DNA from: a virus
Virus record (IMG/VR): IMGVR_UViG_3300046328_001165
Location: 1-64,000 of that record
Direction: 5' to 3' (one strand)
Length of the DNA stretch: 64,000 nucleotides
This document shows positions 1 through 9,073 of the stretch, piece by piece. Positions within the stretch are counted from its first letter, which is position 1, and the number at the start of each line of letters is the position of its first letter. A program made the translations under genes and the position numbers. Under the pieces are notes generated by a model. The model saw nothing but the letters and a program-made list of their open reading frames with translations. It was not told where the DNA came from and searched no databases.

Positions 1-907
1 GGGTTTCTTCAGTCTTCGGAGTTGTTTGTGCGGGAAAGGAATCTTCTTGGTTTAGTGACGAAGGAGCGATCGTAAAAAAATCATCCGCTCTTATCTCTGT
101 AGTAATCTCTGTAGTAATCTCTGTATATAGATTGTTTGTCTTGCCAAAGCCGTCTTGGTTGTTTTGCTTTGGCGCTCTTGATTGATTTACCAAGACATCC
201 TTGTTTGCTTTGTTTTGACAAACAGGGATGTCTTGCTCTGGCAAACACGACTCTTCCTGCGTTTTAGCGCCTTTTTGCTGGTTGCATTTTTGGTGTGCTG
301 GGCGAATATTTCCAAAGGTGTGACCACCCCCTTTACTTAATGGGATGACGTGATCAAAAGAAATCTTGCTCACGTTCATGCCGAAATCGATCGCTTGATC
401 GCACACATGGCAGTGAAGCCCATGCGTTTTAACTACATCTCTGTAGTCCACATACTGTCTCTCAGCTTGAAGCTTTGTAGCTCTCATCAGTCCCGTGCGA
501 GATAGACTCAGTAAGGACTGCTCATTTATCTCCAGAAACGTATCGAGATCGACAATCTTTTTAGTGCCAAGAATCAACTCTCGTATGGCTAAGACATTGA
601 TGCGGTAGTAAAGCTTGCAAGGAACGCCTTCTTTCTTTTCTTGTAATACACCGATGGTCTTGAGCTTCCTTCGAGCGTTTTCTTGCTCACTTCTTGTCAT
701 CCCAGTCTCTTCCTGCCATTCGGCGGCGGTCTTGTAGAACCAACCATCTTTTTCTGGCGGGAGTGTCTTAGTCCAGTAGACGGCTTGGGATAGCATTACG
801 GCGGCTACTACGCTGCCTGCGATATCCGCAAAGCATTTGTGATACGCGATAGGGCGATCAAAAAGCCTGAGTAAGGCTTGACTATCAAGAAGATCTTGAT
901 CGTACAT
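1..907 (-). CDS. Phage replication initiator (lambda O-like wHTH) with internal HNH endonuclease domain; 3' end runs off the window
   Basis: Translated by hand from ATG 907, open to position 1. N-terminus: DRPIAYHKCFADIAGSVVAAVMLSQAVYW...DGWFYKTAAEWQEETGMTRSEQENARRKL...GVPCKLYYRIN. Then HNH CHVC...DHVIPLSKGGGHTFGNIRPAHQKCNQQKG, then YTEITTEITTE. Confidence 0.85.
   Translation of the reverse strand, partial: MYDQDLLDSQALLRLFDRPIAYHKCFADIAGSVVAAVMLSQAVYWTKTLPPEKDGWFYKTAAEWQEETGMTRSEQENARRKLKTIGVLQEKKEGVPCKLYYRINVLAIRELILGTKKIVDLDTFLEINEQSLLSLSRTGLMRATKLQAERQYVDYRDVVKTHGLHCHVCDQAIDFGMNVSKISFDHVIPLSKGGGHTFGNIRPAHQKCNQQKGAKTQEESCLPEQDIPVCQNKANKDVLVNQSRAPKQNNQDGFGKTNNLYTEITTEITTEIRADDFFTIAPSSLNQEDSFPAQTTPKTEET
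93..235. repeat. Candidate intragenic origin: 12-bp tandem repeat plus 17-bp inverted repeat
   Basis: ATCTCTGTAGTA occurs twice plus a partial copy (93-125). CAAGACATCCTTGTTTG (191-207) pairs with CAAACAGGGATGTCTTG (219-235) with 1 mismatch. Confidence 0.5.
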
Positions 908-1244
908 AACTAAATTTTCCCGAAACTAAAGTGAAATAACAACCAAAGCGCCCTTGAGATACCCAAGAAATCACTCGTCTTACCAGTTTTTTCACTAATT
1001 CCCTTAAATACTCTTCACAAAGCGATCGCCATGTGTTAGAGTAATCAGGAAATTGGCGCAGTCCTAACTGGTCAAATAATGTGAAACAAAATATTTTCAA
1101 AAGATGAAAGAGCGACTTGGTGGTTGGCTCTTTTATTTTTTGCTTATTTTTAGTTGGTGGGTCTCGCATTTGCGTTTTTGGTAATCCAACAATAGCACAA
1201 CAACTTTGCGTCAACAGATCAAGACTGCGCGATCGCGTATCAGT

Positions 1245-1673
1245 CTATTCGTAGAACTCGTTAAGCTCAGAGGCATACTTCCTCGTGTCTAGCTCAATCG
1301 CGATCGCCTCTTTCAGCGACTCGTATTCAGTTTCGCCAAACACGGGTGAGACGTAAGGATCGAAATCAGAACCTTCATGGGCTAAGTGCGTCCAATAGCC
1401 TGACTTTCCTCGCCCATCAGGAGCACCGCCAAACAATGTGTTTCTTTTAAGCGCCATAGCCTCAAGCTGGCTGAGCAGGTCGGGCATATAAGCCGACTCC
1501 TCTAAGCCCTTAGCTGCTTTTAGCAAAAATTCACTACGCTCTACCTCGGATTTAGCCGCTTCGCGTAATTCGGCTACCCAGAAGAGGTATTGCCCCTTGC
1601 TTGGGGTAATTCCATCAGGTTTAGCATAGAGTGCATCCATAGCGACTTCGTAGATATTTCCGCTGCAATTCAT
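1245..1673 (-). CDS. Hypothetical early phage protein
   Basis: ORF; start moved to MNCSG, which gives an ATGA overlap with the upstream stop. Confidence 0.65.
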   Translation of the reverse strand: MNCSGNIYEVAMDALYAKPDGITPSKGQYLFWVAELREAAKSEVERSEFLLKAAKGLEESAYMPDLLSQLEAMALKRNTLFGGAPDGRGKSGYWTHLAHEGSDFDPYVSPVFGETEYESLKEAIAIELDTRKYASELNEFYE

Positions 1674-1999
1674 GACTTCTCCTCTGTTTGAGCGATTGTC
1701 CAACGCTCTTCGGCGTTGCTGATTTCCCATTCGTCCTGCCCTAGAATGGCTTCAATACGAATCCTTTGAAACTCTGTTTTGGGGTAGAAGCGCATCACAT
1801 TGGGTTGATTGTGTATACCCAACCCAATAGCTATTGCCGCACCAATGCCGCGTTCAATGGGGTCTCCCTCTTCAAAATCAGCGCCAGCTTGAAATGAGAT
1901 GCAAATATTATGGGGTATATTGTTCCAAACTGCGGTAGCCATCTCAAGCGTTTCGAGAGCTTTAACTTTTTTCTTCTTTGCGATTATCATTGCGGTCAT
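1670..1999 (-). CDS. Hypothetical early phage protein
   Basis: ORF with AGGAG RBS, in operon with neighbours. Confidence 0.7.
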   Translation of the reverse strand: MTAMIIAKKKKVKALETLEMATAVWNNIPHNICISFQAGADFEEGDPIERGIGAAIAIGLGIHNQPNVMRFYPKTEFQRIRIEAILGQDEWEISNAEERWTIAQTEEKS

Positions 2000-2029
2000 A
2001 GTTTTCTCCTTAGTTTTTTACGCGATCGC

Positions 2030-2320
2030 CTAGCCTTCTCGGACACTAGAAATATTCTCGATATCTTCCCAGTAAGCAAAGTGATCAGGGTAGCCGCGAT
2101 CTCTTGAGAAGTAGAAGCCTTGACTTGCGAGTGCCCCCAACTTCTCTACTCGATGGTGTTTAGTCCCATCTGAAAACTCAAAGGGCAGGGCTAACTCCAA
2201 AGCATCAATAAATCGATCCGAAAGTTCGTTGAATTGGTCTTTCAGGCTTCCGTCTAAATGACCAAGCTGAAGCCATTTAGCGTTGATCTCTTTAAATTCT
2301 TGCAACAACAACAAGTCCAT
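2030..2320 (-). CDS. Hypothetical early phage protein
   Basis: ORF with AGGAG RBS, downstream of the Cro-like gene. Confidence 0.7.
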   Translation of the reverse strand: MDLLLLQEFKEINAKWLQLGHLDGSLKDQFNELSDRFIDALELALPFEFSDGTKHHRVEKLGALASQGFYFSRDRGYPDHFAYWEDIENISSVREG

Positions 2321-2335
2321 AGCTTCTCCTTATTT

Positions 2336-2557
2336 TTATAACGCTTCTAAATCAGCCACATTTTCGGCTTCCACGATATCCTGAATCTTGACTTGGGGGT
2401 AAGCCTTGATAATGCGATCGCAAACATCACTAGAAGGGAAGTGTTTGGGATTGTTCTTTAGGCGGTAAACAGTGTTCTGAGGTATATCTGTGTCTTGGGC
2501 AAATCTATAACCACTGACCTTTAGCTTCTTAATCAATTCTTCAATACGATTTTTCAT
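2336..2557 (-). CDS. Cro/XRE-family HTH transcriptional regulator
   Basis: 73 aa with SGYRFAQDTDIPQNTVYRL HTH and cyanobacterial-type MKNRIEEL...DIVE; first gene of the leftward operon. Confidence 0.85.
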   Translation of the reverse strand: MKNRIEELIKKLKVSGYRFAQDTDIPQNTVYRLKNNPKHFPSSDVCDRIIKAYPQVKIQDIVEAENVADLEAL

Positions 2558-2714
2558 AGTACTTTTTAGTGGGCTACACTACGATAGTATACTATACAAA
2601 ACAATTTTGCAACACATTTTATATTATACATTTTTGTGCTATGTTATTTTTGTAAACGCGATCGCCTGTAAGTGGCAGGCAAACGCATTTAATTAAATCT
2701 AAGCGAGGTGCTTA
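2558..2714. promoter_or_regulatory. Divergent AT-rich promoter region with palindrome ATAGTATACTAT (2584-2595), possible operator
   Basis: Non-coding and very AT-rich, between divergent Cro-like and primase operons. Confidence 0.5.
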
Positions 2715-2891
2715 ATGGCTGACCAAATTTCGCAACCATATAAACTGCCAGCTAAAAGAGCAATAGTCAAGTCGAGTGTCATTATCCGAGTAGAGGGTAA
2801 GCGCTTTTTCTGTAGGTGCGGGGCGAATGTGTTCCACGAGTTTAGCGATGGCTCGCTAGGCTGTAATGCTTGCGAAACAGAGTACGAGTAA
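2715..2891 (+). CDS. Small zinc-ribbon protein (58 aa), not in ORF track
   Basis: GAGGTG RBS; MADQISQPYK...RFFCRCGANVFHEFSDGSLGCNACETEYE, with CxC...CxxC. Confidence 0.7.
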   Translation: MADQISQPYKLPAKRAIVKSSVIIRVEGKRFFCRCGANVFHEFSDGSLGCNACETEYE

Positions 2892-2900
2892 ATAGGGTTA

Positions 2901-4652
2901 ATGCTAAAAACTAAAAATTTTCGCATCCATGCCGATACGATCGCCGCAGTAAACGATAAAGCCGACATCGTAGACATCGTGAGCGAGCGGGTTGTATTGA
3001 GGCGATCTGGACGCTCGTTTCGCGGAGCTTGCCCGTTCCACAACGGAGCCAATCCCAGCGCCCTCTCAGTAGATACCAATAGGAATATGTACTACTGCCA
3101 TAACTGCCAAGCGGCGGGTGGTGCTATTAAGTTCATGATGGAGGTCGGACATCAGTCATTTCCTGATGTTGTACTCGACCTAGCTGGTCGTTACGGTATC
3201 GAAGTCAAGACCGAGGAGCCCGAACATGCAAAGGAAATTCTCAAGGAAAAGGCGCACAGAGAATATCTGTTTGACGCAATAAACGAGGTTACTCGTTATT
3301 ACCAGCAACAACTCAGCACAAAGGCTCTCACCTACTTAGAAAAGCGCAAAATAACTAGAGATACTTGTACGCAATTCAAAATCGGCTACGCGCCTGCGGG
3401 TTGGGATAATCTTGGTGGTTTGAATATACCTGTTCAAACACTGGAAGAACTGGGACTGGTACTTCCCCGAAAAGAAAGTGATGGCTATTATGATCGCTTC
3501 CGCGATCGTTTAATCATCCCGATCGCCGACATCCGTGGGCGGGTGGTCGGGTTTACTGCTCGATCGCTGGATGGTTCAGAACCAAAATATATCAACTCGC
3601 CTGAGACCGAGCTATTCAAAAAGGGTGAGTTGCTATTTGGTTTGAACAAGGCTTGTGATGCGATCGCCAAGAACGACGAAGCGGTAATTGTTGAGGGACA
3701 TCTTGATGTGATTTCTTTACACCAAAACGGGGTTACTCACGCTGTTGGATCTATGGGAACCGCGCTCAGCGACACTCAAATCAAACAAGTTCTTCGCCAC
3801 ACCGAATCTAAGCGCATAACCTGCAACTTTGACTCGGATAAGGCGGGTATTGCGGCGACTAAAAAGGCTGTTAGTCAAATTTTGAGTTTAGTAATGGATG
3901 GTACGGTTAGCCTGCGAGTTCTGACAATTGAGGGTAAGAAAGATGCCGACGAATATTTAACCAGTTACGGGGCTGAGGCTTATACCCAAATCCTTCGCGA
4001 TGCGCCATTGTATCTCGATTGGCTGATTGACCTTGAACTAAAAGAAAAGGATTTAAACAATTCTGATGACTTCCAAAAAGCTAGTCAGACGATCGCGCAG
4101 ATACTTGCCCAGCTACCAAATAATCCTAGCCGCAGTCACTACATTCATCAGTGCGCCCAAAAGCTTGCCCAAGGGAATGCTCGGCTGGCTATCCGTATTG
4201 AGGGCGATTTACATCGACTTGCGCGATCTGTATTCCGATCTGAATCGCCTCATCCCCTCGCGCCGCCCAGTTATACCGCTCTACAATTAGCCGAGATACA
4301 GGTTTTAAGAGCCTACCTGCATACCAGTGAATGGCGACCTTATATTGTGACAGCCTGTGTGGATATCGAGTTTAGCTATGAGGATCATTGTCTACTTTGG
4401 GGTAAGTTCTTGGCTGGAGATTTCTCGGATATTCCTTACGGGATTCACGAAGTAATTGAGGGAGAAATCAAAGCGATAATTGATCGTGCGATCGCCAAGA
4501 TTCAGCATATATACTGCGAGAAGCGGGAGAGGCAGTGGCTGGAGTTGTATCGGTCAGCCAGTAGCGAGGATAAGCCATACTTTCAGACTAAGCTACAACA
4601 GGAAATACTACGAAAGGCTGGGCTGGTCAAGTTGATGGCAAGTATTAATTAA
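2901..4652 (+). CDS. dnaG: DNA primase (bacterial DnaG type)
   Basis: CHC2 zinc finger CPFH...CHNC, DRFRDRLIIPI, KYINSPETELFKK, TOPRIM motifs EGHLDV and FDSDKAG. Confidence 0.97.
   Translation: MLKTKNFRIHADTIAAVNDKADIVDIVSERVVLRRSGRSFRGACPFHNGANPSALSVDTNRNMYYCHNCQAAGGAIKFMMEVGHQSFPDVVLDLAGRYGIEVKTEEPEHAKEILKEKAHREYLFDAINEVTRYYQQQLSTKALTYLEKRKITRDTCTQFKIGYAPAGWDNLGGLNIPVQTLEELGLVLPRKESDGYYDRFRDRLIIPIADIRGRVVGFTARSLDGSEPKYINSPETELFKKGELLFGLNKACDAIAKNDEAVIVEGHLDVISLHQNGVTHAVGSMGTALSDTQIKQVLRHTESKRITCNFDSDKAGIAATKKAVSQILSLVMDGTVSLRVLTIEGKKDADEYLTSYGAEAYTQILRDAPLYLDWLIDLELKEKDLNNSDDFQKASQTIAQILAQLPNNPSRSHYIHQCAQKLAQGNARLAIRIEGDLHRLARSVFRSESPHPLAPPSYTALQLAEIQVLRAYLHTSEWRPYIVTACVDIEFSYEDHCLLWGKFLAGDFSDIPYGIHEVIEGEIKAIIDRAIAKIQHIYCEKRERQWLELYRSASSEDKPYFQTKLQQEILRKAGLVKLMASIN
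4232..4245 (+). repeat. Dispersed 14-bp motif ATTCCGATCTGAAT, copy 1 (inside dnaG)
   Basis: Exact match read from the sequence. Confidence 0.8.
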
Positions 4653-4850
4653 AAAAAAGATCCGATGTGAACTACCAGACGCCGACCGCTTAGGCGGTAC
4701 AGCGCTGGCTTCCTGATTCAACGGGGATAGCGTCCAACAAAACCGAAGTTTTACCAGATCGACTTACATCTCCTCCACAGGCAGACTCGCTAGTTCCTAA
4801 CGAGATAATCCGCAAGGCTTCATTTCTAATATTTATCGCTGCATTTACAT
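4647..4850 (-). ncRNA. Predicted TnpB omega/reRNA (right end plus flanking guide); 5' boundary approximate
   Basis: Inferred from known TnpB biology. The structured right end overlaps the tnpB 3' end, and the guide would read AUCGGAUCUUUUUUUU... Confidence 0.55.
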
Positions 4851-6031
4851 CACGGTCATGGTGAGTACCACAATGCTTACAAGTCCATGCCCTAACATCA
4901 AGACTGAGATTATCAACTCGATTTAGGCATACATGGCAAGTCTTAGAGCTAGGGAACCATCGATCAATTTCGATGTATTGTCTTCCTTCACTCTCAGCCT
5001 TGTATTTAAGCATTGTGCAGAACATACCCCAGCCAACATCGCTAATCGCTTTGGCTAGATTATGGTTTTTGACCATGCCCTTGATGTTGAGATTTTCCAC
5101 TGCAATAACTTGGTTTTCGTTTACTATCTTGCGGGATAGCTTGTGCAGAAAATCTTCGCGACATCTGGCAATTTTGGAGTGAACTTTTGCCACTGCCAAT
5201 CTTGCCTTTTTACGGTTTTGGCTACCCTTCTTTTTCTTGGATAGCTTTTGTTGTTTACGCTTTAAGTTGCGTTGATGCTTGATGAAAAACCTAGGATTAT
5301 CAAACTTAGAAACGTCACTGGTAATCGCAAAGTGAGTTAATCCTACATCAATACCGATAGCTTTATCCACTGGTACTAATTCAGGATTAGCTTTGCCATC
5401 ATCAACCAAGACGGATACAAAGTGCTTACCGTCAGGATTGCGAGAAACAGTGACAGTTTTGATAGCTCCTTCAAAGTCGCGATGGCGCTGACAATGGACT
5501 AATCCGATCTTAGGTAGATTAATCTTGTCACCGTCAAACTTGACATTCTGAGGGTAACTAATTGACTGCCTACCATGCTTTGATTTGAATTTTGGCAACA
5601 TTGCCCGTTTATCAAAGAAGTTTTTGTAGGCAGTGGACAAGTTTAAAGCGACTACTTGCAAGCATTGAGAATATGGCTCAGACAGCCATTCATATTCTTT
5701 TTTGAGTGCAGGAAGTAAACCTTGGATATATCCTCTAGTTAGCCCTTTACCAGTATTTTTGTAGGTTTCTTGACACAGGTTTAGGGCATAGTTCCAGAAC
5801 CATCGCGCACAGCCAAAAGACTTGGCAAGCAAGGTTTCTTGCTCACTCGTGGGATAGATTCTGTATTTGTATGCCTTATACATTTATCAAGATTACCGAA
5901 TACTGATAAGCTAATTATAACATAGATAACTTCTATTGATTCGCTGTCGCTCAATTTATTTTCTGACTCACTTTCATCCTGTCACTCATCCTTGTAAACG
6001 GATAGAGTGCGGGACTTCCCGTTCGCGTGAG
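4667..6031 (-). mobile_element. Non-autonomous IS200/IS605-family (IS1341-like) element, tnpB only
   Basis: On the minus strand the left end CTCACGCGAACGGGAAGTCCCGCACTC... follows TTTAA. The right end ...GAAGCCAGCGCTGTACCGCCTAAGCGGTCGGCGTCTGGTAGTTCAC ends at 4667. The two flanks rejoin into one palindrome. No tnpA is present. Confidence 0.88.
4690..5883 (-). CDS. tnpB: RNA-guided endonuclease TnpB
   Basis: KAYKYRIYPT N-terminus; RuvC motifs GIDVG, VENL and DRDVNAA; Zn finger CHVC...CKHC. Confidence 0.97.
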   Translation of the reverse strand: MYKAYKYRIYPTSEQETLLAKSFGCARWFWNYALNLCQETYKNTGKGLTRGYIQGLLPALKKEYEWLSEPYSQCLQVVALNLSTAYKNFFDKRAMLPKFKSKHGRQSISYPQNVKFDGDKINLPKIGLVHCQRHRDFEGAIKTVTVSRNPDGKHFVSVLVDDGKANPELVPVDKAIGIDVGLTHFAITSDVSKFDNPRFFIKHQRNLKRKQQKLSKKKKGSQNRKKARLAVAKVHSKIARCREDFLHKLSRKIVNENQVIAVENLNIKGMVKNHNLAKAISDVGWGMFCTMLKYKAESEGRQYIEIDRWFPSSKTCHVCLNRVDNLSLDVRAWTCKHCGTHHDRDVNAAINIRNEALRIISLGTSESACGGDVSRSGKTSVLLDAIPVESGSQRCTA

Positions 6032-6057
6032 TTAAAATCGGATCTTTTTTTTTTGTT

Positions 6058-6390
6058 TTATTCTTCCGCGATCGCCTCAAACCCTTCAACAACTTCATCC
6101 TCAATCTTAAAGCCTTTCAAGATATTCTCCTGATAAGCTCTCTCTTCTCGCTCCTCAAAAAATTTCTTGAAATGCTCGTTTACATACTCCTGTGTTGCCG
6201 CCAGTTTTTTGGGCTCATGGCAGTCTTTTGGGATTAAGACCCCATGCTCCATCATAAAGCTTTCGGAAATCTTCTCAGACTTCTTCGCGCCGACCTTCAC
6301 AACGAAATAACCCTTCCCAAAACCAACTATAGAGACAATCTTGGCGGGTAGTTGTACCAATCGCCCGATCGCGGGGTGCTTCTTCAGCAT
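6058..6390 (-). CDS. Hypothetical phage protein
   Basis: ORF overlapping the upstream stop, in operon. Confidence 0.65.
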   Translation of the reverse strand: MLKKHPAIGRLVQLPAKIVSIVGFGKGYFVVKVGAKKSEKISESFMMEHGVLIPKDCHEPKKLAATQEYVNEHFKKFFEEREERAYQENILKGFKIEDEVVEGFEAIAEE

Positions 6391-6617
6391 ATCTTTTCCA
6401 GAGCTAAAGGGTTAACACCATCCAGCCTCAATCCTCCGACTTTTACGCTGTAGGTTAGTCCCGAATAATTGTTTTCCTTAACACCGATAACCACACCTGT
6501 GTGGTGAGAAAAACCTGCAACCTCTACATGATCGTCAACTTTAAGGCGATCGGGTTCCATAATTCTATTTGGGTGGACAGGTCGGGGTTTAAGTATTTGG
6601 CGAATATTCATGCTCAT
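6384..6617 (-). CDS. Hypothetical KOW/SH3-like small protein
   Basis: LKVDDHVEV...TGVVIGV pattern; start moved to the ATGA overlap. Confidence 0.6.
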   Translation of the reverse strand: MSMNIRQILKPRPVHPNRIMEPDRLKVDDHVEVAGFSHHTGVVIGVKENNYSGLTYSVKVGGLRLDGVNPLALEKIC

Positions 6618-7009
6618 ACCTCTGATTGTTTTTCTTTGTTCATCCATTTGATTGCCCGTCCCAAGACGAGGTAGTGCGGTCTACTTGAACCGAACAGCTC
6701 TCGCATCCCAGCGGGTTCAATCCTCCATGCCATCTCATAGAGCTGTTGGGCGACTCTTCGCGTGGGGTCTTCACCATCCTCGTCGTCCCTAGCCCAGTTT
6801 GGATCTAATGGCAGATCGGGATATACGCTTTCTGGGTCGATAAGCCCGTAATCGCATTCACCTCCATCAAGCCCTTGCTCTATAGCGAGTCGATCTAACT
6901 CGATGTGCGCCCAAATCCATCTTCTGTAGGCTTCAATTAGTTGATCTCTTAGTTTTGGATCGGTATCTAGCCATGGATTGTCTAACGATTTTGGTATTAC
7001 TAACGGCAT
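6614..7009 (-). CDS. Hypothetical phage protein
   Basis: ORF tightly packed in operon. Confidence 0.7.
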   Translation of the reverse strand: MPLVIPKSLDNPWLDTDPKLRDQLIEAYRRWIWAHIELDRLAIEQGLDGGECDYGLIDPESVYPDLPLDPNWARDDEDGEDPTRRVAQQLYEMAWRIEPAGMRELFGSSRPHYLVLGRAIKWMNKEKQSEV

Positions 7010-7011
7010 GA

Positions 7012-7512
7012 TTAATCAAAAAACTCCGCAATGGTGGTCTCAATTCTTAGACATTCTTCCAGATAGATTTTGTGATACCAAATCAGCGCCGATCGCAGTA
7101 TATCTGCGTGGCAAGGCTCTGGAAAACACCAGCAAATGAGGTTGATATCGCGCTGAGTAACTTCATAAGAGAGGCGAGTAAACCCGCTCTCAACTTGGGC
7201 GACACTGAATTGCTTCCATCCCGAAGCGATTTTCAAGCCTGCTGCTGTAGACAGTTTCATGGGGTCTATAAAACCCCATTGGTCTATTCGGATTTTCTGG
7301 CTTTTCATGTCGAGCCAATGGTTGATGTTCGTGAAAAGCCAGTGCTTGTAAGCCCTGATCACATGATCGCGGTTAGAGCCATTCCTATCCATCTCGTAAG
7401 GGTTGCCGAGATAGGAACCCCTGTCAACCCGAAAGTCGTTAATGCCGAAAGAGAAAGCCCCTCCGCGCATTGATCTGACTGTGATTTGTTTTAATTCTGT
7501 GCTATCGTCCAT
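7012..7512 (-). CDS. DUF4326-like phage protein
   Basis: RVDRGSYLGNPY and NLICWCFPEPCHADIL signature motifs. Confidence 0.85.
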   Translation of the reverse strand: MDDSTELKQITVRSMRGGAFSFGINDFRVDRGSYLGNPYEMDRNGSNRDHVIRAYKHWLFTNINHWLDMKSQKIRIDQWGFIDPMKLSTAAGLKIASGWKQFSVAQVESGFTRLSYEVTQRDINLICWCFPEPCHADILRSALIWYHKIYLEECLRIETTIAEFFD

Positions 7513-7579
7513 AAAGAGTCACATAGTTCTAACGTTACAAAAGAGCGTGTGTTTCGATTCTCCATCTTGTTTTGATTTT

Positions 7580-7605
7580 AACCCAGCTTAGCGGCTGGGT
7601 TTTTT
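7580..7605. terminator. Hairpin/intrinsic terminator
   Basis: AACCCAGC-ttagcg-GCTGGGTT followed by a T-run. Confidence 0.6.
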
Positions 7606-7855
7606 ATTGGAGACCTGTCAAGACGTACTGAGGGCAGAAGCCTTCGTGAAAACACTCAAGTTGCTCGCCTCGTTGATTAAAAAAGATCCACCACTGATTA
7701 ATATCAACAGCGATCGCCTCACTGTCGATATATTTTATTTTTGCGTGAAAACTGGGAAGGGGCTTCTTGGCGAGTCCAGTACCGTCCCACCAGCCAAGCG
7801 GTTTAACCGTGACACTATCCCCGACCGACAATCTCTTTCTTTTAGCCATTTTCAT
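7604..7855 (-). CDS. Hypothetical phage protein
   Basis: ATGA overlap with the methyltransferase stop; LSVGDSVTV SH3-like start. Confidence 0.65.
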   Translation of the reverse strand: MKMAKRKRLSVGDSVTVKPLGWWDGTGLAKKPLPSFHAKIKYIDSEAIAVDINQWWIFFNQRGEQLECFHEGFCPQYVLTGLQ

Positions 7856-8745
7856 CTCCTGTAAAACAATAGTTCGCCAACTCTCTGCCGCTTGGTTGCG
7901 TCAGAATTCATGCAGCCCGATCGCGTTAATTCCGCGATGTCCCAGCCAGTCCAGATTTCGCGGCTCAAAGGCGTATCGCTATTGCTCGCAAATACATGAG
8001 CGCCAAGCTCGTGCAGGCGATCGGCTTCTTGCCTAAGAAGCATTTGCTGATCGCGGCTGAAGCCCTTGGTGGTGTACTTAACAAAAGAATGTTTGGCTAC
8101 TTCTATATACGGAGGATCGAGATAAACCACATCTTTTGGCTGCACGACTTTTAAGGCATCTTCAAAGGGCTGATGGACAATGATCGCTTTCTTTAGTAGG
8201 GTAGAAAGCGCCTCCAGTCTACCCTCTGTGGGGAGGGGTATCCTTTTCTGTGAGCCGAAAGGAACGTTCATCTTTCCTTTTTTATTGACCCTCCACAAGC
8301 TATTGAAGCCTGCTTGAATTAAAAAAACCATTAATGCAGATCGTTCGTATTCGCCAACACACGCATTCTCGTCGTTAAACCGCTTCCGACATTCTATAAA
8401 AAAAGCCTTGCTGTTGGCAGACTCCTTTTTGAAAGGGATAAGCTCTTTAAGTAGCTCAAGGGGATCGTTCTGAATACAGAGCCACAGATGGATCAAATCG
8501 GGGTTACTGTCACTGATAAAAATCTTGCGATCGCCTTTAAATCCATCCGCAAAATGCAAAAACGCGCTGCCAGTTCCCGCAAAAGGATCGTGAAAGTTGC
8601 CAACCCCTTTTTTAAAGTCGATAAATCTGGGTATTGGCTCGTTCGTAAATCTTGCAGGAAAGAACTGAGCAATCTTTGGCATCAACTCGAATTTTCTTCC
8701 GACCCACTTAGTTGGAGGCTCTAGCCCCGTTATTATTTTTGGCAT
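7852..8745 (-). CDS. dam: Dam-like (D12 class) N6-adenine DNA methyltransferase, orphan
   Basis: KWVGRK, DPFAGTGS, SDSNPDLI, RVNKKGKMNVPFG, YLDPPY and SNS motifs; no cognate endonuclease nearby. Confidence 0.9.
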   Translation of the reverse strand: MPKIITGLEPPTKWVGRKFELMPKIAQFFPARFTNEPIPRFIDFKKGVGNFHDPFAGTGSAFLHFADGFKGDRKIFISDSNPDLIHLWLCIQNDPLELLKELIPFKKESANSKAFFIECRKRFNDENACVGEYERSALMVFLIQAGFNSLWRVNKKGKMNVPFGSQKRIPLPTEGRLEALSTLLKKAIIVHQPFEDALKVVQPKDVVYLDPPYIEVAKHSFVKYTTKGFSRDQQMLLRQEADRLHELGAHVFASNSDTPLSREIWTGWDIAELTRSGCMNSDATKRQRVGELLFYRR

Positions 8746-9073
8746 TTTTAATCTGTTCTATAAATTCTCTGTCTGAGATCGAGCCGCTGTTATGCTGCCT
8801 AATCAGATTGGAAGTAGTGGAAACCGTACAAAGAACCATCAGAATATACTGAGGGACTGTATATTTTGGGCTGCGATGATCGGAAAGCTGCTTGGTTAGT
8901 AGCTCATGAACTTTTGAAGTAACTTTCAGCATTTTCGAGTTTGTGGACTCCAAAATGCATTCCCTGACAAGGCTTGCGACCTCCTCAGAAATTGAGGCTG
9001 GTATAAAATCTGGTAAATCGGAGCCTTTTAATCTCGCGATCGCCACCTTTGTGTCGTGACTAGAATTTCCCAT
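8708..9073 (-). CDS. Hypothetical protein
   Basis: First ORF of the leftward operon after the divergent spacer at 9074-9250. Confidence 0.6.
   Translation of the reverse strand: MGNSSHDTKVAIARLKGSDLPDFIPASISEEVASLVRECILESTNSKMLKVTSKVHELLTKQLSDHRSPKYTVPQYILMVLCTVSTTSNLIRQHNSGSISDREFIEQIKNAKNNNGARASN

Noticed and set aside
885-1214. 109-aa ORF upstream of the initiator
   Set aside because: Non-ATG start, overlaps the real initiator start and has no motif; more likely an AT-rich regulatory spacer.
2699-3079. Minus-strand 126-aa ORF
   Set aside because: Shadow of dnaG and of the zinc-ribbon gene.
4690-5883. Possible Cas12f / CRISPR system
   Set aside because: No CRISPR array or cas genes were seen; the IS ends are clear, so this is transposon TnpB.
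5936-6133. 65-aa ORF as a possible tnpA remnant
   Set aside because: No HUH/Y1 motif, and it crosses the IS left end into flanking DNA.
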